In this document: positions 1 through 4,195 of the stretch, in pieces
How the letters are laid out: the number at the start of each line of letters is the position of its first letter
Position numbering within the stretch: the stretch's first letter is position 1
From: a virus
Taxonomy: Duplodnaviria > Heunggongvirae > Uroviricota > Caudoviricetes
Reading direction: 5' to 3' (one strand)
IMG/VR virus record: IMGVR_UViG_3300028991_000035
Length of the DNA: 6,762 nucleotides
The notes under the pieces: generated by a model
The model's input: only the letters and a program-made list of their open reading frames with translations
Told to the model about the DNA's origin: nothing
Databases searched by the model: none
Translations under genes and position numbers: made by a program

Positions 1-15
1 TACTGTTTTTGTCAT
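1..15 (-). CDS. Possible 5' end of an unidentified gene (begins MTKTV), continuing beyond the left edge of the window
   Basis: ATG at 15..13 on the minus strand is preceded by a strong Shine-Dalgarno match AGAGGTGA (plus coords 21-28) with 7-nt spacing. Only 5 codons are visible, so the product cannot be assessed. Confidence 0.3.
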
Positions 16-186
16 GTGAGTCACCTCTGACTGAGAGTTTACTCACTTAGCCGCGTGTCCACTATTGCTGGGTAAGATCACATAAGGCATCATCAGCTCT
101 TGATAATCCACGTTCCAGCAAGTTAACGAAGCAACTTGCAGCCTCTGTTTTGGCACAATCAAACAAAGGGCGTAAGTGACAAATTA

Positions 187-220
187 CAGGGAGAGTAAAA
201 CCTCCCTGCGTTTTTTATTT
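187..220 (+). terminator. Rho-independent terminator-like hairpin, possibly bidirectional
   Basis: 7-bp stem CAGGGAG (187-193) / CTCCCTG (202-208) with 8-nt loop AGTAAAAC, followed on the plus strand by CG TTTTTTATTT (209-220). On the minus strand the same hairpin is preceded by an A-tract and followed by the weaker U-run TAATTTG, so it may also terminate the integrase transcript. Confidence 0.5.
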
Positions 221-245
221 ACTGCGATTGTTTGCTGGATGACGG

Positions 246-1520
246 TTATTGTTTCTGAGCAAACTCAAACGGCCTGACCATCCCATCTCGGTTAGCATCA
301 AGAAAATCTGCCCACCACTGTAGCATCAACCTTCGCTGCTCAAGATGTTTGGCCTTATGGGTATAGGCAGCACGGACACTGTTGCTTTCCTTATGGCTCA
401 TCTGAAGCTCTACAGCATCTTCAGACCATAGCCCTGATTCAATCAGAGCACTACATGCCAGTGTGCGGAAACCATGACCGCAAATATCCTGCGTGGTGTC
501 ATAGCCCATCTTACGTAGTGCTTTATTGATGGTGTTTTCACTCATGGGTTTGAACGAGTCATAACAGCCAGTGAAAATTAATCCGGCTTCGTTACCTTCT
601 TCATAGGTAAGCTGACGGATCTCTTTCAGTATCTTAAGAGCCTGCCTGCAGAGGGGAACGAAGTGCTGGCGTTTCATTTTTGCGCCACGCGTGGAATATT
701 TGACGCGCTCAATCGCTTCTCGCTTTTCTGGTATCACCCATAACTTACTGTTGAAGTCGATTTCTGACCATCGTGCATAGCGGAGTTCACTGGAACGAAT
801 GAAAATCAACAGATTGAGTTTAATCGCCAGTGTGGTAAGTCCACGGCCTTTGTAGGCATCAATACGTTCAAGTAGCAGGGGGATCTCTTCCAGCTCCAGT
901 GCAGGACGGTGCTCAGTCTCTGGTTTCTGCACCGCACCTTCCATATCGTAAGCAGGATTATGACGCATAAGCTTTTGCTGGACGGCATGACGCAGAATGG
1001 CAGTGATGTATTGCTTGATCCGCATGGCAATTTCAAGATAGCCGAGCGTTTCCGCTTTTTTAACCGGAACAAGCAGATCACCCGTGTCCAGATCTGAAAC
1101 GTTGCTGTCGCCAATGTCCGGGAATACATAAGTCTCAAGGCGCTTCCATACCGTATCGGCGTAATCTTCAGACCATTTTGTTTTGGTGGCAAACCAGCTT
1201 CTGGCAACGACACGGAACGAACGGGTTCTATCCCGCTTTTCCTGCAGAGCTTTTTCATCAGCCTGTTTTTTAGCGTTAGGATCGATTCCCTGAGCAAGCA
1301 GCTTTTTTGCTTCATCACGTCGTTGTCTGGCATCAGCAAGTGAAACCGCAGGGTAAACCCCAATGGAAAACACCTTCTGTTTGCCATCGAAGCGATAGCC
1401 TAACTGCCAGTATTTCGAACCGTTGGGATGCACCAGCAGGTAGAGGCCAAACCCGTCAGTGAGCTTGACGGCCTTTTCCGCTGGTCTGGCATTTTTTACT
1501 TTAGTATCAGTCAGTGACAT
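246..1520 (-). CDS. int: Tyrosine recombinase, P4-family (genomic-island / satellite-phage type) integrase, 424 aa
   Basis: Long minus-strand ORF. The N-terminus MSLTDTKVKNARP...GFGLYLLVHPNGSKYWQLGYRFDGKQ is typical of P4-like integrases. The C-terminal catalytic region has HGFRTLACS (His-x-x-Arg) and AAYTHKAK (catalytic Tyr). The start is set at the ATG at 1520..1518, which has a GGAGGG Shine-Dalgarno 7 nt upstream (plus 1528-1533), rather than the ORF-track start at 1586. It lies directly next to the 3' end of tRNA-Asn. Confidence 0.9.
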   Translation of the reverse strand: MSLTDTKVKNARPAEKAVKLTDGFGLYLLVHPNGSKYWQLGYRFDGKQKVFSIGVYPAVSLADARQRRDEAKKLLAQGIDPNAKKQADEKALQEKRDRTRSFRVVARSWFATKTKWSEDYADTVWKRLETYVFPDIGDSNVSDLDTGDLLVPVKKAETLGYLEIAMRIKQYITAILRHAVQQKLMRHNPAYDMEGAVQKPETEHRPALELEEIPLLLERIDAYKGRGLTTLAIKLNLLIFIRSSELRYARWSEIDFNSKLWVIPEKREAIERVKYSTRGAKMKRQHFVPLCRQALKILKEIRQLTYEEGNEAGLIFTGCYDSFKPMSENTINKALRKMGYDTTQDICGHGFRTLACSALIESGLWSEDAVELQMSHKESNSVRAAYTHKAKHLEQRRLMLQWWADFLDANRDGMVRPFEFAQKQ

Positions 1521-1536
1521 GACGGTTCCCTCCGCG

Positions 1537-1585
1537 TGCTGGTAAAACGCAAATCGAACCAGCTTTACCAGCATTTTTACCAGCA
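1537..1585. repeat. Cluster of TTTACCAGCA repeats (two direct copies plus one inverted) in the integrase 5' region; candidate recombinase arm-type or autoregulatory sites
   Basis: TGCTGGTAAA at 1537-1546 is the inverted copy. TTTACCAGCA occurs at 1564-1573 and 1576-1585 with a 12-bp period, and a partial AACCAGC lies at 1557-1563. The cluster sits between the integrase start codon and the tRNA-Asn 3' end. Confidence 0.4.
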
Positions 1586-1660
1586 AAAGGGGATGGCTTC
1601 GAGTGGTTTTTAGTGAACGAGGGTGAACCTAAAGAAGGGAATAACCAGTTGATATAAATG

Positions 1661-1690
1661 CAAAAAGCAGACGTCAGTGAACGTCTGCTT
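1661..1690 (-). terminator. Rho-independent terminator downstream of tRNA-Asn
   Basis: Perfect 10-bp inverted repeat AAGCAGACGT (1665-1674) / ACGTCTGCTT (1681-1690) with 6-nt loop. Read on the minus strand the hairpin is followed by UUUUUG, and it begins 10 nt beyond the tRNA CCA end. Confidence 0.6.
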
Positions 1691-1699
1691 CCCTTAAAT

Positions 1700-1775
1700 T
1701 GGCTCCTCTGACTGGACTCGAACCAGTGACATACGGATTAACAGTCCGCCGTTCTACCGACTGAACTACAGAGGA
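1700..1775 (-). tRNA. asnT: tRNA-Asn (anticodon GUU), 76 nt with encoded CCA
   Basis: Reverse complement of 1700-1775 reads TCCTCTGTAGTTCAGTCGGTAGAACGGCGGACTGTTAATCCGTATGTCACTGGTTCGAGTCCAGTCAGAGGAGCCA. It has a cloverleaf with anticodon loop CTGTTAA and a T-loop GGTTCGAGTCC, and matches enterobacterial tRNA-Asn as I recall it. The asnT locus assignment is inferred from the adjacent mtfA and tRNA-Ser(CGA); E. coli has several identical asn tRNA genes. Confidence 0.95.
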
Positions 1776-1793
1776 ATCGTGTGAACGGGGCGC

Positions 1794-1822
1794 ATATTAC
1801 TTAGCGGTACCTTGTCTGTCAA
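1794..1822 (-). promoter_or_regulatory. Sigma-70 promoter of tRNA-Asn (consensus -35 TTGACA, 17-bp spacer, -10 TAATAT, GC-rich discriminator)
   Basis: Minus strand reads TTGACA (plus 1822-1817), a 17-nt spacer, then TAATAT (plus 1799-1794), then GCGCCCC. This layout is typical of stringently controlled stable-RNA promoters. The predicted start gives a leader of about 10 nt before the tRNA 5' end at 1775. Confidence 0.6.
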
Positions 1823-1850
1823 CACTAAATTTCATAAGTCATTTCAATTG

Positions 1851-1880
1851 GTTAATTAATCTGCAAAGTTGTTAATTAAT
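1851..1880. promoter_or_regulatory. Two copies of palindromic GTTAATTAAT spaced exactly 20 bp apart in the AT-rich region upstream of the tRNA-Asn promoter; candidate UP-element or Fis-type activator sites
   Basis: GTTAATTAAT at 1851-1860 and 1871-1880, centred roughly 70 and 90 bp upstream of the predicted tRNA-Asn transcription start. The second copy overlaps the mtfA stop codon at 1876-1878. Confidence 0.35.
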
Positions 1881-2673
1881 GAACATTCGTCGCCGAAAAC
1901 GAGTCTGTATCATTAGTGCGATGCAGTCTCTGCAAAGGATCTTGTTGATAAAATTGGCAGAAACGTTGCCACAATGAAGGGAAACGAGGAGCAAAAAGTT
2001 CTGGGGCGCTAAAGAAATATTCAGAAAGTACGGCAAAACATTCAGCAGGATCACTGGCAGCATAAGCATCAATGCTCGCCGCATTCTCGCCAACTAATTC
2101 GATTTCTTCCTGAATGTTGTTCATTGCAGCATGAAGATCGTGTTCCCAGCCAGCAACCTCACGCAACGGAATAAAGGGAACTCCGCTGGCGCGATCGCCG
2201 TTACGGGTGTCCAGCTTATGAGCGACTTCATGAATAATCAGGTTAAAACCAGAAGCATCAAAAGAATCTTGTATATCCAACCAGTTCAAAACGATAGGCC
2301 CTTGCTGCCAGCTCTGACCTGACTGAACAATACGTTGGTTATGCACCAGACCGATATCGTCTTCCCATTCATCATCGACCACAAATGGCGCAGGATAAAT
2401 TAAGACTTCATGAAAACCATCCAGCCATTCCAGTCCTAACTCCAGAACGGGTAGGCAAAATAGAAGTGCTATCCGGCAGCTTCTTAATGAATCCAGTTCA
2501 AAGCCCTGTAAAGGAACAAGCCGCTTTTGCTGTAAAAAACGTTCGGCAAGAGTGACTAATTTGCTTTGTTCCTGTTCCGTCAGACACGTTAAAAGGGGGA
2601 TCGATAGTGCTTCCTGCCAGGGAAGGGCAGTTTGATGTGCTGATTCTTGTACTTTCCAGGGCCACTTAATCAT
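1876..2673 (-). CDS. mtfA: MtfA (Mlc titration factor A), zinc-dependent peptidase with HExxH motif, 265 aa
   Basis: Translation from the ATG at 2673 ([28 protein letters not shown]...) through ...SFSATNVH contains HEVAHKLD. I recognise it as E. coli MtfA/YeeI, full length. The ORF-track start at 2712 adds 13 residues that I think are spurious. Confidence 0.92.
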
Positions 2674-2766
2674 CGTTTTGCTCGCAAACTCGTCACTTGA
2701 ACAAAATTGCACGGACAGGGACTGTTAAAATGCCAAATTTCCTGGCATCATGGCAACCATCTGAAC

Positions 2767-2856
2767 GGAGAGATGCCGGAGCGGCTGAACGGACCGGTCT
2801 CGAAAACCGGAGTGGGGGCAACTCCACCGGGGGTTCAAATCCCCCTCTCTCCGCCA
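2767..2856 (+). tRNA. serU: tRNA-Ser (anticodon CGA), 90 nt with long variable arm and encoded CCA
   Basis: GGAGAGATGCCGGAGCGGCTGAACGGACCGGTCTCGAAAACCGGAGTGGGGGCAACTCCACCGGGGGTTCAAATCCCCCTCTCTCCGCCA. It has a class II tRNA structure with anticodon loop CTCGAAA, and lies divergent from mtfA as in the E. coli serU-mtfA-asnT arrangement I recall. Confidence 0.93.
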
Positions 2857-2902
2857 AAATTCAATCACTTACACATCATCAAGTCAGTGACAAAAATCAC
2901 AC

Positions 2903-2935
2903 TTGGAATTACTTGGAATATTTTGTTGGAATATT
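2903..2935. repeat. Three direct copies of TTGGAAT(T/A)TT overlapping the last codons of the prophage integrase; candidate P'-arm integrase or accessory-factor binding sites
   Basis: TTGGAATT at 2903-2910, and TTGGAATATT at 2913-2922 and 2926-2935, with spacings of 10 and 13 bp. They encode the integrase C-terminal tail NIPTKYSK and lie 47-79 bp from the tRNA-Ser 3' end. Confidence 0.35.
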
Positions 2936-3934
2936 CTGGGGTAAAGGTACATCCAGTGTGGGTGAGATCTTCACTTTCCTGTCGTAGATTAATACCTGTC
3001 CTTCGGTCTTGTGACCAGAGAAAAGTTGTTTATCCCGGCTACTACCTTCGTAATCTGATATCCCCTTGGCTTTAAGGTCATGGAACGTAAAATCTGTGGC
3101 GATCCCAGATATCTGTCCTGCTAAATTTCTTGCCTCAACCCACATTTCATTAAATCCTTTATACATGTAACGGTTGCCGTACTGATTGCTGATAACATAG
3201 GCCGACTTGGGGAGCTGTTTGGCTTTTTCTATAACTGATTGTAGCCGTGGGCTCCAGGCTTTTATCTGTTTCTTTCCTGTTTTACCTTGCTGGATAAAGA
3301 TCCCATCGTTTCCGATCTGTTCCCATTTCAAAGATAACACATCGGAAATCCTTGCCGCGCACAGATATGCAATTTCCATCGCGATAAAAACAGGCACAGG
3401 AGCCACGCTTAATACGGCCTGGTATTCTTTGTCAGTCACATAGCGCTCTCGGTTTTTTGCCTTGAATTTACTTACACCGGCACAAGGATTAGCCTTTACA
3501 TACCCTCGTTCATACCCCCAACTATAAACGCGCGACATGCTGCTTTTTTCATGGTTTGCCTGCGTTTTACTCTGCTCGCCCCTTTTGTCCATGTATCGTC
3601 TGATGTGCTCTGGTTTTACAGAATCGGCCAGCACCTTACCGAATACGGCCAGCAGCTTTTTTTGATGTTGCAGATAATCTTTTTGAGTTCTAGGACTAAG
3701 ATCGCTGTAATAGGCGCTGGCGAGAAATTTTTCCCACAAACGCCCAAATGTCATTGCCCGATCGCGGTGGTTAATTGTTTCTTCGTACTTTTTCCATAAT
3801 GCGGCTAAACCATCCTCGATTGCAGTTAAGGTGACAGATTCTCTGGATGTCGGTTTCCATACATAACTATATTTATTGGGGTATACCTTTGGCGGTAATT
3901 TTTCGTGTTCGGGATTTTTCCTTCGTCTTCCCAT
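2909..3934 (-). CDS. int: Lambda-family tyrosine integrase (prophage Int), 341 aa
   Basis: Minus-strand ORF MGRRRKNPEHEKLPPKVYPNKYSYVWKP... with an arm-binding-type N-terminus. The catalytic region has CAARISDVLSLKWEQI (Arg), FTFHDLKAKG (His) and FSGHKTEGQVLIYDRK (His and catalytic Tyr), resembling the lambda Int box II region LGHK...YRDDR. The start ATG at 3934..3932 overlaps the xis stop codon. Confidence 0.9.
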   Translation of the reverse strand: MGRRRKNPEHEKLPPKVYPNKYSYVWKPTSRESVTLTAIEDGLAALWKKYEETINHRDRAMTFGRLWEKFLASAYYSDLSPRTQKDYLQHQKKLLAVFGKVLADSVKPEHIRRYMDKRGEQSKTQANHEKSSMSRVYSWGYERGYVKANPCAGVSKFKAKNRERYVTDKEYQAVLSVAPVPVFIAMEIAYLCAARISDVLSLKWEQIGNDGIFIQQGKTGKKQIKAWSPRLQSVIEKAKQLPKSAYVISNQYGNRYMYKGFNEMWVEARNLAGQISGIATDFTFHDLKAKGISDYEGSSRDKQLFSGHKTEGQVLIYDRKVKISPTLDVPLPQNIPTKYSK

Positions 3935-4137
3935 TAGATCGCACCGAAATCAGGTTCAGCCTCACGTGGTGGTAAAGTTTTTCTACAGGTAAACAGTTCC
4001 CGACTGACGATCGGTTTTCCACTACGATTGGTATAGAACGGAAGCCCATTTTTTATTAACCAGTTGCGCTGGTGGCTTGCATATTTGCAGCCCGTTAACG
4101 TTTGTAATTCATTTTCGGTTAAAAATATGCTGCTCAT
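3934..4137 (-). CDS. xis: Excisionase-like small protein (Xis / directionality factor candidate), 67 aa
   Basis: Small ORF immediately upstream of int on the same strand. Its stop TAA overlaps the int ATG by 1 nt (minus strand TAATG), implying translational coupling. The sequence MSSIFLTENELQTLTGCKYASHQRNWLIKNGLPFY...GKPIVSRELF resembles the small int-adjacent proteins of Rac/e14-type lambdoid prophages as far as I recall. No database check was possible. Confidence 0.65.
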   Translation of the reverse strand: MSSIFLTENELQTLTGCKYASHQRNWLIKNGLPFYTNRSGKPIVSRELFTCRKTLPPREAEPDFGAI

Positions 4138-4153
4138 AGCTATATCTCACAAC

Positions 4154-4181
4154 CGCCGCTAACTATATGTCGTTAGCGGCG
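4154..4181. promoter_or_regulatory. Perfect 10-bp inverted repeat CGCCGCTAAC / GTTAGCGGCG with 8-bp spacer, between the RecE-like gene and xis; candidate operator or RNA processing/attenuator hairpin
   Basis: CGCCGCTAAC at 4154-4163 and GTTAGCGGCG at 4172-4181. It sits 15 nt upstream of the xis start codon region and 15 nt downstream of the stop of the 823-aa gene. No U-tract follows on either strand, so it is not a canonical intrinsic terminator. Confidence 0.4.
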
Positions 4182-4195
4182 ATTAGGGTTGAACA

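Larger units (their letters stand above)
1..1699. mobile_element. End of a tRNA-Asn-associated integrative island (P4-type integrase end); the rest lies beyond the left edge
   Basis: An intact P4-family integrase gene lies immediately beyond the 3' end of tRNA-Asn, the classic tRNA-int arrangement of genomic islands and satellite phages. The other att copy is not in the window, so the boundaries are inferred. Confidence 0.6.

Noticed and set aside
806-1387. 193-aa minus-strand ORF and 62-aa plus-strand ORF (909-1097) inside the integrase gene
   Set aside because: They are alternative-frame or antisense overlaps of a well-supported integrase CDS, with no ribosome-binding site or recognisable protein features.
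1521-1586. N-terminal extension of the integrase ORF (MLVKMLVKLVRFAFYQHAEGTV) given by the ORF track
   Set aside because: The extension is produced by translating the TTTACCAGCA repeat cluster. The internal ATG at 1520 has a GGAGGG Shine-Dalgarno at the right distance and gives the canonical MSLTD integrase N-terminus.
1872-2322. 73-aa minus-strand ORF (1872-2093) and 63-aa plus-strand ORF (2131-2322) overlapping mtfA
   Set aside because: Both are fully contained in the mtfA coding region in other frames. mtfA is full length and recognisable, so these are taken as spurious.
2674-2766. Sigma-70 promoter for tRNA-Ser in the mtfA-serU divergent spacer
   Set aside because: The only good -10 candidate, TAAAAT at 2726-2731, lacks a -35 hexamer at 16-18 bp spacing (TTGAAC at 2697-2702 is 23 bp away, TTGCAC at 2707-2712 is 13 bp away). 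I could not place a promoter confidently.
2697-3075. 96-aa and 122-aa plus-strand ORFs spanning tRNA-Ser and the int 3' end
   Set aside because: They read through a clear tRNA gene and the antisense of the integrase, so they are ORF-finder artefacts.
3207-3799. 78-aa and 82-aa plus-strand ORFs antisense to the prophage integrase
   Set aside because: They are antisense overlaps of a strongly supported integrase CDS, with no independent support.
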